64,000 nucleotides of DNA, taken from Pseudovirgaria hyperparasitica. Lineage: Eukaryota. Of the stretch, positions 10,299-23,390 are shown piece after piece. The stretch's first letter is position 1. The number at the start of each line of letters is the position of its first letter. The stretch is taken from assembly GCA_010093815.1 (NCBI GenBank), contig ML996572.1; one strand, 5' to 3'. The notes under the pieces were generated by a model, which was given only the letters and a program-made list of their open reading frames with translations, was not told where the DNA came from and searched no databases. A program made the position numbers and the translations under genes.

Positions 10299-13200
10299 TC
10301 AAAAACTAAGCTCATCCCCACTCATCTCATCGTCAAGCATCATGCGCGTCTGCACAGCACCCCGTGCCGCCGACAATCTACGAATAGCACGATGAGCGCG
10401 CTCCTTTGAGCGAGAATCAGGTCTGGTGGTATCTGCGCGGGTCTTATGCGAGTATGTCGCGCGTAGCGAGCGGGATGGTATGACTGGCATTATGAGCTCG
10501 TCTTCTTCGCTGGCACTCTCATTCAGGATGTCGTTTGTGTGGTAGGTCGACTTTGATGCAGATTTGCGATTATCTTGGCGGACAGAAGTGTAGCTGGTTT
10601 GGCTCTTGAGACCCCGAGTTGGTCGTCGGCAGGATCGGCGTGAAGAAGTTGTGCTGGTAGAGGAGAAGGAGGTGTCAAGATCGATCATGTCACTCACGCG
10701 CTTTGAGCGACGAACGGGAGCCTTGTAGATTCTTAGATCGTCATCGGTTTGTATATCGTCCTGCTCCACGGCTTCTTCTTCGTTATCGTCAGAATTGTCG
10801 GAACAAGATGTTTCCAGCGATGTCCTCCGGCGTTTGGCTCTTTGATCGCGCATAACTTGCGCAAAGCTTCGCTTCTTGGTGTTGCGTGGCTGCTGATGCC
10901 TTGTTTGCTGAGAGTCGTCCTCTGAGACCGACGTTACGGACTCGTCTGACTCGTCATCTGAATCGATCGATGATGTCCCACTCGACGTGGGAGATTCTGC
11001 CAATGAGATCTTCCGGGCAAGAGAAGGGCGTTTCCGCGGGAGCGTCGGCTGTGGTGCTAAAATTGGACGAGTGTAAATAACGACTTGTGGCGACATATAG
11101 TGCCTAGATGGAGAGACAGCTTCCAGTCTGCACTCGTACACGCTCATTTCCCGGCTTTGGAAGTCTTGCCGTTCCACAACGGGCGTCGACACTGACAGAC
11201 TACTTGACAGCGACGACTCCGGTTCGTCTTCAACCAGCGGTTTGTCGAGATTCTTAGCGCCTTTGCGCGCGACCGCTGCAGGAGTGCACATAATCCATTC
11301 CTCGATGCCTTCCTCCCATCGGTAGCCCTGCTCTTGCTCGTCACCCTCTGAGCCAGAATCGCTCGTGGGCTCTGGGTCTTCTGACGACTCCGAGGATGGA
11401 ACATCGAGTGTGAGGCCATGACCCGAAAGCTTCATCGTCTTTTCCAATGATTTTGCATACTGGAAGTGCACATTGTCCTGTGAGTTTTCAGAAAACTCAA
11501 TCGCAGCACGATACACTATACGGTCCATGAAATGAACATTTTTAGGCTCTGCAGAGGCAGAAACTATCGTGAGCGATTGCAACAATCCCTTCAACGTATC
11601 AAAATGATCTTTCTGCGTAACGTGCCCGTATGAGCGGGCGATAGAGTTCAGGACCTTTGATATTGCGTCAATAACTGATGTGTTCTTGACAAAATCGCCA
11701 GTGGCGAGGCGCCTGAGCTCGCCGATCCGGGGAATCAAGTGCTCAGAGATCCCCATGGAGTATGGGTCACTTGTCGACAAGAGTAAGTCAGCGACCAGAA
11801 GTGTACAAGCGCGTTCTGTGTGCGTTGTTATGACTGACTGAGGCCCTCCTGGCATTCTTGACTTCTTGGTCTTTGCCAGTTCTATCGAGAACGATTGGCA
11901 GAAGTAGTGCAGTAAGCGCAGGTACCTTCCGGGATATGGTTGGTCCTCTCCTTGAGTGCTGGTTCCGGAAAGACCGGCACAGGTAAAGATGGTAAGCATA
12001 CTGTTGACCGTGTTGTTGAGAGCACCGCGTACAGATGGCTTCACGGGGTTTCTCCGAGCCTCTGTGGCATTATGGTCTGCCCACTGGGATTCGCTATCCG
12101 TACATGGGTTCGGCGGCGCGAGACCAAAGCTTCTCAGAAGAACGACATCTAGTAGTTCAAGCGCTGGGCCCAATGAAGACTCATGTGAGTTGATCGACTT
12201 GATGATCTTGGCCCATATCGGCAGAATTGCCTTTGTAGCCATCCACTCAACCGGGAGCTTCCCGCTTCTCAGCAAATTAGCCATCGTTCGATAGAACAAC
12301 GACCAGCTTCCTGATGACTCCACATAGTTTCGGAATAACGACAAGATCGCATGATCCGGTTCCTCAAAAATGTCGTCTTGAGGATGATTAGGCACTTGCA
12401 TGTTCGGCTGCAGAGTCATCAGTGCAACTGAAAGCATCTCCTCGCCGGCATCCCATGCTTTAGTCTTGGTGCACAGTTTAGCAAGCTCAAGCAAGAGAGT
12501 CTGAGGTAGAACAGTATCCCGTAACGCTTCCGTCACCATTTTGATTGCAGAAGCGCGCACAACATGACCCAGCGCTTGGCGTCCATTCTCGTCGCGAAGG
12601 GCCAAATGCTCTATATCATCGTATATTCTCACTGCCGCGTCCTCGGTGTCATCATCGTCCTCCTCTTTCTGCCAGTACTCTTCAAGCTCGATGTAAGCTG
12701 GAACTTGACGCAAGCATGTCGCCCTGAGAGATCTCGTGCCTTTCCGTTCGCGCTCCGGGCCGTACGCCGCGGTTGCCTCCAGCACTTTCTCCAGCCCAGC
12801 ATATGCACCGCTGATATGAGCAAATGTGTCGGTACTCGTCTGTTTCCTGACTGCCTTTAGGTGCTCTTTTTGTTGTACGTGGAGAGGCTTACGGCCGCGC
12901 TGCGGGGCCTGCTGGGGAGATATGTAGCGAGGACTCTCCTCGATGTGCTGCAGCGTCCGGGCAATGAAGGGTGTAGGGACGTTAATCTCGCCGGGTGGTC
13001 CCATGGGAGGCTTCGACTTTGGCCGCATTGGAGTTCGAACATGTCTCCCAGGTCGAGAGGTGGCCTTGTATGTCCTGAGAGGTTTCGCTTCCGGTACCCA
13101 TTCTAGATCGTCCTTCGTGTCACTAGTCTTCTTCCAAGTCCTTCGACGCGGTGATGTAAGCGCTGCCTGGCATTCCTCCTCTTTCGCCTGTTCCTTTCTC

Positions 13201-13334
13201 GGCTCTGGCTTCTGCGTTCTCGCGTTGTCTGCTGCTTTCCTCAGCGCAGTTAAGCGTGAAGAGATCGGTCGCAGTAGTCTGTTGCAGCGCGCAGTGGTCC
13301 AAGGGATCTGGTCGTCGGTGACATGCTTAACCAT
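10299..13334 (-). CDS. Uncharacterised 1011-aa protein, probably nuclear
   Basis: Long intact ORF with N-terminal WTTARCNRLLRPISSRL, a helical core, YRWEEGIEEWI and an S/D/R-rich disordered tail with basic clusters. Confidence 0.75.
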   Translation of the reverse strand: MVKHVTDDQIPWTTARCNRLLRPISSRLTALRKAADNARTQKPEPRKEQAKEEECQAALTSPRRRTWKKTSDTKDDLEWVPEAKPLRTYKATSRPGRHVRTPMRPKSKPPMGPPGEINVPTPFIARTLQHIEESPRYISPQQAPQRGRKPLHVQQKEHLKAVRKQTSTDTFAHISGAYAGLEKVLEATAAYGPERERKGTRSLRATCLRQVPAYIELEEYWQKEEDDDDTEDAAVRIYDDIEHLALRDENGRQALGHVVRASAIKMVTEALRDTVLPQTLLLELAKLCTKTKAWDAGEEMLSVALMTLQPNMQVPNHPQDDIFEEPDHAILSLFRNYVESSGSWSLFYRTMANLLRSGKLPVEWMATKAILPIWAKIIKSINSHESSLGPALELLDVVLLRSFGLAPPNPCTDSESQWADHNATEARRNPVKPSVRGALNNTVNSMLTIFTCAGLSGTSTQGEDQPYPGRYLRLLHYFCQSFSIELAKTKKSRMPGGPQSVITTHTERACTLLVADLLLSTSDPYSMGISEHLIPRIGELRRLATGDFVKNTSVIDAISKVLNSIARSYGHVTQKDHFDTLKGLLQSLTIVSASAEPKNVHFMDRIVYRAAIEFSENSQDNVHFQYAKSLEKTMKLSGHGLTLDVPSSESSEDPEPTSDSGSEGDEQEQGYRWEEGIEEWIMCTPAAVARKGAKNLDKPLVEDEPESSLSSSLSVSTPVVERQDFQSREMSVYECRLEAVSPSRHYMSPQVVIYTRPILAPQPTLPRKRPSLARKISLAESPTSSGTSSIDSDDESDESVTSVSEDDSQQTRHQQPRNTKKRSFAQVMRDQRAKRRRTSLETSCSDNSDDNEEEAVEQDDIQTDDDLRIYKAPVRRSKRVSDMIDLDTSFSSTSTTSSRRSCRRPTRGLKSQTSYTSVRQDNRKSASKSTYHTNDILNESASEEDELIMPVIPSRSLRATYSHKTRADTTRPDSRSKERAHRAIRRLSAARGAVQTRMMLDDEMSGDELSF

Positions 13335-14506
13335 GGCAAAATATATTCAAAATACCAATTAAACATACTAGAGCATGATCTATGCTATCTATGCTGCGGT
13401 ATCCAAAAGGGTGAATGGTGAAGTAAAGAATATCTCGTGTTGACAGTGAGTTGTGATGTGCCGTCGCAAGGGTAAACAAGACAATATCGGGGCTGTCGGA
13501 GCTAACTTAACCAAAGGGGGAAAGGCTAGCTCGGGCGAGGTTCAGCCCTATCTCAACGACCGTGCCACACGTTGGCAACAGGCCATTCACTTCGTTCGAC
13601 CATGACCAAGGGCAAGACATGATCTACACTAGGTATTGGGTCTAGGCCAGGCTGCCACGCGGCGAAACAGCATCATGCGCAGCGCTGCACCACTTTGACT
13701 ATACCCCCAAGGCCTTGGCGAATTCATGCCAACTGGCCTTGATTGTGTCCCGGAAAGTAGCGACGAAAAGGCATTCTATTCTAGAGGCGAGACACGGTTT
13801 CATCACATATCCAAGGCAACTCTTAGAATTGAACCCAGGATAAACCACTACAATACAGAGTATGGATGGGATTAAAGTAGACTTTCAATATGTATAAAGG
13901 CTAATACAACGGTCTATAAAACGACAAGCGACGAGCCTGACACTCAGATCTCGCTCAGAAAACGTCTCAGTATAGCTCTAGAATATTATGCTCTCTGCCC
14001 TGAAGCATGTTCCCCCATATCCCACTTTGTAAGGTATGTAAAGAGAAGGATCCATCCCAAAAAGAAATGTTCCAAAGCGATTGAGAAACCAAACACATCC
14101 TCCTCCTACCGCGACATTAGTCCCGAAAATAAAGATAATGATCGACGACGTATTTACACGTGCGAGCCAATTAACTATCATGCATCAGTATTCGGATGCT
14201 TTCGTCAAGTCGTGTGAACCATGCCCCCCCATACATAGCGAAGGAAAAGCCGGATGATACAAGTCAAGCCGAGGCGAAAGGAAATGGTTTATGGAAGGAC
14301 TCGAATGACTATTTCTAAGTCACCGCTTTCGTGGAATGGCGGGCACTACGCATCGAATAGTAACGCGAAACGTCTGATCCCTTGGCTAAGCACCAAAAGG
14401 TAGATGAGGAGCAAGCACAAGGCGCTCGGAGAATGATAAAAAAGAATGACTGATGCCAGGCCCGATAGTACAGCTAGACATGGCAGAACGCTCCAACAGC
14501 TATCGT

Positions 14507-16643
14507 CTAGATAATTTCGGCAAGCGTCGATCTCACACCCCTGAGCCCAACATGTTCTGCATCTGCCGACGAAGCGGGTATACAATAGACGTCAGAGCCT
14601 GGAGCTGACATTCTCGTCAACGTAGCTTCGGACGACGAGCGTTGTAGCAGTGGAGGTGACGGGTCGAACGATGTCTCCTTGCTGGTAGGATACGAGGTGG
14701 ACGTCGTTGTAGATGCCGACGATACCGTTCGAGCACGAATCTGATGGGACGTTTCGCGACGGCGTTTCGGTCCGTCTTTGACCTTGGGATGCGTGTGACA
14801 CTGCAAGAAACACCAAATTAGGATCTGTCAAAACCCCACCCGGGCATGAATGCATGAGCCATCCTGCTAAGCTTACCTTGTACGCATGCCGAAACCACGT
14901 CGTGCCTTTCTTCTTGCTGCTCACCAACGCGATCCAATCGCCGCAGCTCCCGCAAAGGCCCTCCCAGACATCCAGATTCCCCTCCGTGCGGCGTGTCTCC
15001 TGGGGTTTCTGGAACGCGACCCCGGTAGCGGCGCTTACGCCGTGCGTAAAGGACTTGTCGTACCAGAACGCGCTGTTCTTGAGGACTAGCCATCGTCCGG
15101 GTTTGCAGAGACCGCACCAGCCCTCACGTTTGTTGCCGTGGCCACGTACCCACCGCGGGGTGTAAAGGTCGCCACTGAAGCGCAGATCTTGTTCATGGGG
15201 GATCAGGTCTGGGTCGGACGGGTGCATGTCCGACTCGGGTGGATTGGATGGCTCTTCCTGGAGTGAGGAATATAGGTCAGGTGGATCGGATAGGTCAGCG
15301 AAATGCGCTGCGTAGCCTCCATGCCGGTCTGCATTACTCTGTAAGAGCCTGAATAGATTTTGGGATGGCACAGGCCGGGGAATCTCCAGTGGATACTGGT
15401 GACTGTCTGGTCCGTAGTAACTCGGCATACTTGATTGTACATGATTTGGCTGGTAAGGATTCGAGCAACTTGGGACTATGGAGTGAGAATTAATTTGGGC
15501 GTGAATGTGTGATTGAGACAGCGCGTGTTGGTACTGCTGTTGACATTGTTGTTGGTACTGATTATGGGCTGGACTGTAGATCATTCGCTGTGGTGTTCCG
15601 GCATAAGCCCCTACAGGATATGACGCATACTGGGCTAAAGAAACTTGCGTAGCTTGCGGTATCTCTTCGCTTTCCTTGACCTGTCCGCTCTGCACACCCT
15701 GTCCGTTTTGCGAAGGCTGGCTGGTCAGGGGCCGGCTGTAAGGGGATAATCGACCCTGTATATGGCTAAAATGTCGCGATGGGATAGAGGAAGGTGCGGA
15801 GGTTGATGCATGAGATGCTGCAGTTGTAGACCATCGCTTGAGACGGTTCTTATCGATCGTATAGGGTGACGTGCGCATAGTCATACGCGAAGACGGAGAT
15901 GCTTTCGATCTATGTCCGGGACGGAAAGCCTCATCGCTCCTTGACGAGGATGCCGGAGACACAAGCATTGCACTTTGATGAACCCCGCCCCATCCATCAG
16001 TTTCTGTTATGCGGCTTTGAGTCTCTGAGCCGGAGAGATCTTCAAAGTTGAGCACTTCGGCCAGAGCTCCACAGCTCGACATTGAGAAAGAGGACTCGGA
16101 TATCCGTCTCGAGTTCACGTTGAAGGTTGATAGGTCACCGTCAAGATCGGCTCCCAAGAACCTTCTCAGATCTATCACAGTTCCATCATCATCTGTGCCT
16201 AACCAGTTCTGACCAAGCTCTGACACGTCGCCATCGAGTGGAGGAAATGGTATGTCTCCTGATCCTTTGTAGCCCCACGGCGCTGGCATTTGGCTGCTAT
16301 CAAAGTCTGACTTCATCCCATGTATGCTGGTAACAGGAGGATTGAACAAGCTCGCGTCGATGAAGGAATTCTGGATATCCAGACTGGGTCCGGTAGTGCA
16401 TTCGACCAACTCGGAAGAAGTTACAGCTTCCGATGACGTCTGATCCTTGGATGACCTCACACAGACCTGCTCTTGTTTAACAACAGCGTCTACTCTGTCA
16501 TGATTCTTGTTCTCGCTCAGGTCTCCAGTGTCGTCCGTCGTAGTGGAATCTGAGCCAGGACATTGTGTCGCGGAGTGGATCGTGTTTGTTTGGTGATCGT
16601 CATGAAAGTACTCGGGGTACTGTTGCTGTTGTTGTTGGGCCAT
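14507..16643 (-). CDS. Rua1-like transcription regulator (DUF4451/Rua1 C-terminal domain)
   Basis: DLYTPRWVRGHGNKREGWCGLCKPGRWLVLKNSAFWYDKSFTHG...WEGLCGSC...WFRHAYK, then an intron of about 14802-14877 (GTAAGC..CAG), then CHTHPK.... The N-terminus is Q/S-rich. An additional upstream exon is possible. Confidence 0.8.
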
Positions 16644-19600
16644 AAAGCCATTATGTTGACTAGATAATGCGTCGCTAGAACATCTGATCTGACTGGAACG
16701 TCTCCTATACGGTGGGACCCCACCGAACAGACCATGCTGAGTAACCGGATAGCTGTTCGCAAATGAGTACTACTATATGCAGAATTCGAGCATATGACTG
16801 ACTGTTGCGTCATCCCGAACTCCATCTAAACTATATTGGACACCGTGCGATCCAAGGCAGTCATGCGCTTGGGGTCTGGTAAAAATAAACGAGAGCTATC
16901 TCCTGTTAGAATGGATTGTCAAACAGCGGAGACATTGACATCAAGGAAGAAGAGGAAAGTAGCAACCGTACGATAAACAGGTCAAGCTAGGACGGCGATA
17001 TCAAAGCAGTGTATATCACCGCTTAGAGCCAAGAACACTTATCAGACGAGTTCTATACTGTAAAAAGGCGTTGGACAACAACGAGTGTCGCTCACAAAAG
17101 AACCGAAATGAATGGTGAGAAGAATATAACTTCTCGTAGCCAGTACGGAAGACACAGAGCCCCGCTCTAAAGAACGTGATAAAAAAGAAAAGATAGGAGT
17201 CGGCTGAAATGAGTGAAGTGGCCAAAGTAGTAGGAATGACAAGGTAGCGGGGACTAACTACTATATGGAGGAGGCGGAGTACAGAATCATGCCCCGAGCG
17301 GGAAGAGTGGGCAGGCGTTGTTAGACAGAGGGATGTGAGCAAGGCGCACCGACTATGTTGACGATGAGAGCAAGAAGATTCGGTAGAGGTCTGATGGAGC
17401 ATCGGATGCCGCCTTGGCTGCAGCGAGATGGAACAGCAACTGATTAGGGCAATCCCACACAGGCATGTGACCTAATCGGGATGTGTATACAGGGCATGTG
17501 AGAGGGGGGGAAGAGAGGAGTTGTGAGTGAGACTCTCAGAACGCCAGAAACTCATACACTTCCCACAGACCCTCTCTCCCCCAGACGTTCTAGAGCCACA
17601 ACAAGGTCGGCGATACAGGGGCAGCTCAAGGCACCAGGCTGACCACCGGGAAGACGCATTTCAAGGTCCAGCATTCCTGTCTCTGTATTGCTCCAGTCAT
17701 ATACCGACAGCGGTGGCATGGCATGGCTGCTCTGATCAAGCTGTAGCCTGTAGAGAGGATTGGCATGTGAGATGTAGGCGATGGGCGCTTGCTGCAATGG
17801 CGAATGCACGATGGCAGCAATGGAGTCACAAACACTGAGGCAAAGCGGCTATACGAAACCCTCAGAAAAGGCGTCGAGTTTCACGATGGGAAAAGAGGCG
17901 ACGGCGGCGGGAATGCAGTTGTGCTGGTGAAGGCGATGAAGTGTAAGAGAACGCGCGACGTTGGAGGTATCGCTGTCGTCGGAGCACTCCAACCTGAAAC
18001 TCGCTAGCCCGGACCTGCAGCTGCTGCTGGTTCAGCCTCATAACAGACGCCACACGCTAAAAATCACCATGCCGAGAGTCCGAGACAGCAGCGTCTTCCC
18101 CCTGGAACATATCCCTTTACCCGTCAATCCCTCTATACACTAAATCCATCCGCCCGCCCGCACCATGCCGTCAGTGTCCTCCTTCGGGAACATTCTCAAT
18201 TGGGTACAGGGCTCATCGCTTTTGCATCTCTGAACCACCAGCGAGATCTGCGCGTCGATGATCGCTTGTGCATCGCTTGTGACTTGCCCCCGGCGCCCGC
18301 ATCTGTACATACATACATGCATTGACCGTTCGAAGATTCGAATCTTAACCCTTCATCGACCATCAAAGACATGGCTGATTCCTCGTCGCGTACACCCTAC
18401 TTAATTGACGAGCCAGGCAAACGTCCAACCAGGAGGAGCGAGGCAACCAGGCAATCATGCAGAAGAGTACAGAACTCTTGGTCAAACCGCGACGAGGACG
18501 CGTTTTTCTTGCATGGGGCATCCTGCCCTATCCAATATTCCGCTTCTTGCCGTACACGAGCTCGCTCGACCTGAACGGGATATGTGTCCGTGCAGTCATG
18601 GACCGGCCAGGGCCATGACTGCTGATAATCATCAACTCCTTTCGAGCGAAAACGCATGAAGTGAAAAGCAGAAGCGGAAATTACTGTTCGACATCGCCCA
18701 TCCCAGCACGTTTCAACAGATCAGCAGCACGCAATACCATCTAGCGAATCGAGGTGTCCACGTAGCCTCCACTGATGACTGTACTGGGGAGAGAGCAAAG
18801 GGGGGGCGTAAAACGTACAGATCCCATATCGAACAATCTCACTTGCCCCATTGGGGACTCAGGAACCATGCTGGGGAAACGCGAATGAGCCCTATGGTGA
18901 CGTACCGTGAAGCCTTATCGATACATCTCGTATCGTACACGTTGTTATTCAAAGGGTCATCCGAGTCTTGACCCTCGAGGGTTGCGACGCCGACCCTCGG
19001 TTCTCGACTTCATTTGCCGATATAGATGAGCTGTGCTACCCTTTCGACTGGCCGTTGACCCCATGGTCGGTAGCGACTCACCACTTTCACATGCTCGTGC
19101 TCAAGTTGCCATGTTCTTATCATCGCGACGCGTGCAAGGCATCTGGTTGAATATGTTGAGCTCAGCATGGCTGTCCACATGTCACCATCAGGCCTGAGAA
19201 CGTGTACAGTAGTATCCCTCATCTTCTCAACTCATGATCTCTCGCCGGGATGACGTCCTGACACTGCCCTCAAACCTTGCTTGTCTCACTGTCTAGCTGT
19301 CGTCGAGGCGCCAAGCCATGTCAAGTCTGATGGCAGTCTACGCTCATGACACAGTATGGTCATTCACGCAGGGGTATTGATCAAATATAGGAAGGACAGT
19401 ATCAGTCAGGGTAGACAGATTCGTTCTTCTAGAAGCACGCCTGTGTCAGTATTTCGCGGGTGGTGGCGCAGCTACGTGCATCTATATGCAGGCTCTAGTC
19501 AGATGAAGAGCTCAGAAACATGACAACGGTGGGCTTCTTATCTAATCATACGAAGGACCACAAGACTATATGTAATGAAGACTTTCAGCTGATTCCATAC

Positions 19601-20184
19601 CACGTAATTCATCCTAATGGAAGTGTTCGAGAAGAGAATTAGAGGAAGAGAAGAGCATCAGAGGAGCGAGCACAGGTCAAACACAAAATACCCGCAGACG
19701 TCATTTCTAGCATCACAGCATCTAGTCTACCAAAATGTCAAGTCCGAACTCCCAGGGCAGCATAACCTTCCCAAAACAAAAACACAGCCACCCGCTACAA
19801 ACCCCCCACAAAAACAACCGCACAACATCTCCCCAAAAATAGGCAAGACGCGGGCGGTGTATTGGCAGTTTTCCAATCTCCCTGATCCACACAGCTGTTC
19901 AGCATGACTGCCTCAGTCCCCCCCAAACCCCCCCTGCTCAGCGCGCGCTTCCTACTCTGTTCCTTGGATAGTTCCTTTGTATAGGACTTGATCAAGCTCG
20001 TATGGCGCAGGGTGTCTGTTGTGTGAGGATGGGCTACATACTTGCCGTACAATGCCCGATATCGATGCAGCACACAGTATGTACGTAGCAGTGCCCCTTT
20101 CCAAGCACCACCGCCAGGTAGTACCACGCCTTAATTTCTATAGAAAGATTAAAATATACGAAACTTACAACCCTGATACCAGAA

Positions 20185-20186
<2 letters not shown>

Positions 20187-20281
<95 letters not shown>

Positions 20282-20291
20282 NNNNNNNNNN

Positions 20292-20387
<96 letters not shown>
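20187..20387. repeat. (GACA)n microsatellite spanning an assembly gap
   Basis: About 200 bp of perfect GACA repeat with 10 N at 20282-20291; the true length is unknown. Confidence 0.97.
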
Positions 20388-20388
<1 letters not shown>

Positions 20389-20623
20389 CACAGCTACACC
20401 AATACACAGAAAGATACACCAATACACAGATTAATGAATAAAACCTACACATATACATACATATACATCCCACCCATCACCCTATCCTACCACACGATTA
20501 CCACTTCCTACTCACTCTTCCAAGTCCATACTAACTGCATACTAACTACATACATCAATATATAGATAGAACGTTATAAATGTACTGACACAAGAGTGGT
20601 TGATTCATTTCATTCACTTTACT

Positions 20624-20813
20624 CACATCACATCACATCACATCACATCGAAGGTCGGGGTTGAGAGTAAAAGGCTAAGGTCAAGATTAGAGGTTATGGT
20701 CAAGGATAAGGTCAAAGGTCAAAGGTCAAAGGTCAAAGGTCAAGTAAAGTGAACAAGAATCCCAGCCAGCAAAAAGCCAGCAAAAAGTCAGCCAGCCAGC
20801 CAGCCAGCCAGCC
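20624..20813. repeat. Cluster of short tandem repeats: (CACAT)n, (GGTCAAA)n, (GCCA)n
   Basis: Read directly from the sequence. Confidence 0.8.
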
Positions 20814-21315
20814 GCATCACTGATTATTATCATCATCATTGTTTCCGACTATCCATGTGACGATGCCATTGCTCGTACCGTATCCCTCTCTATGTACAGA
20901 AACATAGCGTCAAAGCTCCCTCAACGCACAGCAACATGTGTACAATACAAAAAAACGAGGGGGAATGCTACAGCGAGCAAGACCACAGGTGGTGTGCTAT
21001 GCGAAAGTTTTGGATGGTATGGTGGAAAAGGGGGTTTGGGTATATGAGTACAGAAAAAAACAAGGGACAAAATGCAGGTTTTTTGGATGTGATGATGCTG
21101 ATGACGATGATGATGCTGGTGATGATGCTATGCAGTCGATGCCATGCCATGCCATGCAAGCTCGTGCCCGACCAATGATGGTGTATACGCGGGCGTACAG
21201 GCAAAAAACCAAATGACTCCATTCGCTGATGCAAAATGACAGTGTCCAAGTAGGGGTGGAGATGCTTCCGCATCGTGGTCGCAACAAAAGTCGACTGCAG
21301 CGGCGCGGTATAATG

Positions 21316-23390
21316 TTATGACCCACAGATCACATATACCCAAGGCCCTCCAACAACTTCTTGCTCTCGGACACACTGAGACCGTTGACGCCGAGTGATC
21401 GGACTTGAGTACCCTTGCGGAGCTTGGCGATACCCTTCTGGACCTTCCAATTCTCCTCCTCGGGCAGGACAAAAACGTACTTCTTGCCCTCCGGATCGCG
21501 GATCGAGGCGCGCAGAACGTGACGTGGACCTTTCTCGCCGGTCTATCGAAGAAGAATATTAGCCAAGGTCAACATACGGAGAGAGTCACCACCTACCTCG
21601 ACCAGCTTCATAGTCCACGCTTTGACATCCCACTCGCGCTGGGGCACGCCTCGAACATCGTCGTCAATGAACAGGCCCTCTGTCGTGATTCTTAGGATAA
21701 GGCCATCAGTGACGTGTCCAATGCCAGATACGAGCTGTGCGATAGGTTTTGGGAACAAGTCATTGAAGAGGTAGACGCCCTTGATGACGATCTTGTCGGG
21801 GTCACTCGTGCTGTAGGCTCCTCTCTGACTTGGGGGAGGTGAGGTCCGAGCAGTTGTTTGAGAAGGCGCATATGAAGACTCTGAGAACATTGATCTGGCA
21901 GCACTCGGTGCAGCTCTTCTGGGAGCTCGCGGTGCTTGATCATAAGGCCGAAAGGAGTGTGTGTCTTCTGTTCCCAGATACGACTTTGCGGACGGCTTTT
22001 CGTAATTGCCCTTGGTGGGAGAGCCGCTAGAGTAATTACTGCCAGCGTACGGATTGGTCCGCTCTCCAACGCCAAACGTGTTGCCGCCGGATTTGGTGCC
22101 CTCTTTAGCCATTCGCTCGACACGCTCACGCGCAGCTTTCAAGCGTTCAGCACGTTCACGATCAGCCTTCTCTTTCGGCGTCTCTTGTGGGCTATTCTTC
22201 TTCTCTTGCTCAATCTTTTCACGAATCTCCTTCTTAAGCTTGGCTTGTGCATCGCTAGCCGCCGAGGGTTTCGGCTCTGCCTTTGCATCCTTCTCTGCCT
22301 TCTCCTTTGCGAGTCTCTCTCTCGCTTCGCGTTCCCGGGCTTCTTTCTCGCGTGCCCTCATCTTTTCCCATTTTTCTTTCTCGGCGGCAGCACGAGCTTG
22401 CTTTTCAGCTTCTTCCTTCTTCTTCTTTTCTTCCTCTTGTCGCCGTCTCACGTCTTCCTCGCGTCGTCGTTGCTCCTCGCGGCGCTTCGTCTCGGCTCTA
22501 GCTTTCTCCCATTCCGCAGCTGCATTCGGCCGGGGCGGGTCAGGTTTTGGGGCTGCTTGCGGTTTCGGTGGAGCTTTAGGTTCGGGTTTTGGAGGTGGCA
22601 TCTGAGTGGGCTGAGGTTTTGGAGGTGACGGTTGAGTGTGTGCAGGTTTTGGAGGTGGCGGCTGAGCGGGCTCCGGCTTTGGAGGTGGTGGTTGAGCGGG
22701 CTCAGGTCTTGGAGGTGGAGGTTGAGTGTACTCAGGTTTTGGAGGTGGAGGTTGGGTGTACTCTGGTTTTGGAGGTGGTGGAGGTTGGGTGTATTCGGGT
22801 CTGGGACGTGGCGAAGGAGGTGATCGAGGCGGAGGGGCATAATTATGTTGCTGGTAGTTGTTGGAACCCCAGCCTGGCTGTGGTCCAGCTCCACCTGGAT
22901 GATGTGAATGTGGGGGTGGCGGGCCACCGTTTGCAAAGCCTCCTTGCGGAGGGGGGCTGGATGCTCCGAAACCTGGCGGTGGAGCAGCTCCGGCAGGACC
23001 ACCAGCAGCACCGCCAGGTCTAGCATGAGCATTCGGTTTGGCACCTGTAAATCCGCCTTCCATTTGAGTCTTGCCCAGTGCCCAGCCCAAAACTCCGACT
23101 CCTATGACCAGGACAACTATGCCAGGACCGCCAGATGAGGTGGCTATTGTGGAGAACCATATTTTCAGACTGGGCTCTATCATTGTCCATATCCAGACAG
23201 CTATGAAGGCACACGACACGCCAGCAATGAAGCTATTTCTGTGGCATTGTAGCGAGGGCAAGTAGAGGAAGCCACTACCAGACGAGTGAGGAGGGACTAT
23301 GAATATGTCATAGTTGCCTGGGGGCAGGCCTGAAGTGGTTTTCGGGTTTGCACCGTGAGGAGGAGGTGGCGGAGGCGGTGGACCATCCAT
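21316..23390 (-). CDS. Proline-rich, coiled-coil membrane protein with a conserved C-terminal domain (unknown function)
   Basis: 615-aa ORF with two N-terminal hydrophobic segments, PPPKPE repeats and a charged coiled coil. An intron after WTMKLVE (GTAGGT..CTAAT..TAG, about 21544-21597) leads to TGEKGPRHVLRASIRDPEGKKYVFVL...LGYVICGS*. Confidence 0.75.
22585..22800 (-). repeat. Intragenic 30-nt minisatellite encoding (QPPPPKPExx)n
   Basis: About 7 units of ggttttggaggtgg... on the + strand. Confidence 0.85.

Noticed and set aside
20019..20473. ORFs with RQTD / SVCL repeats
   Set aside because: Translations of the (GACA)n microsatellite across an assembly gap.
22585..22800. Regularly spaced repeats as a CRISPR-like array
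   Set aside because: In-frame proline-rich coding minisatellite with no unique spacers, in a eukaryotic context.
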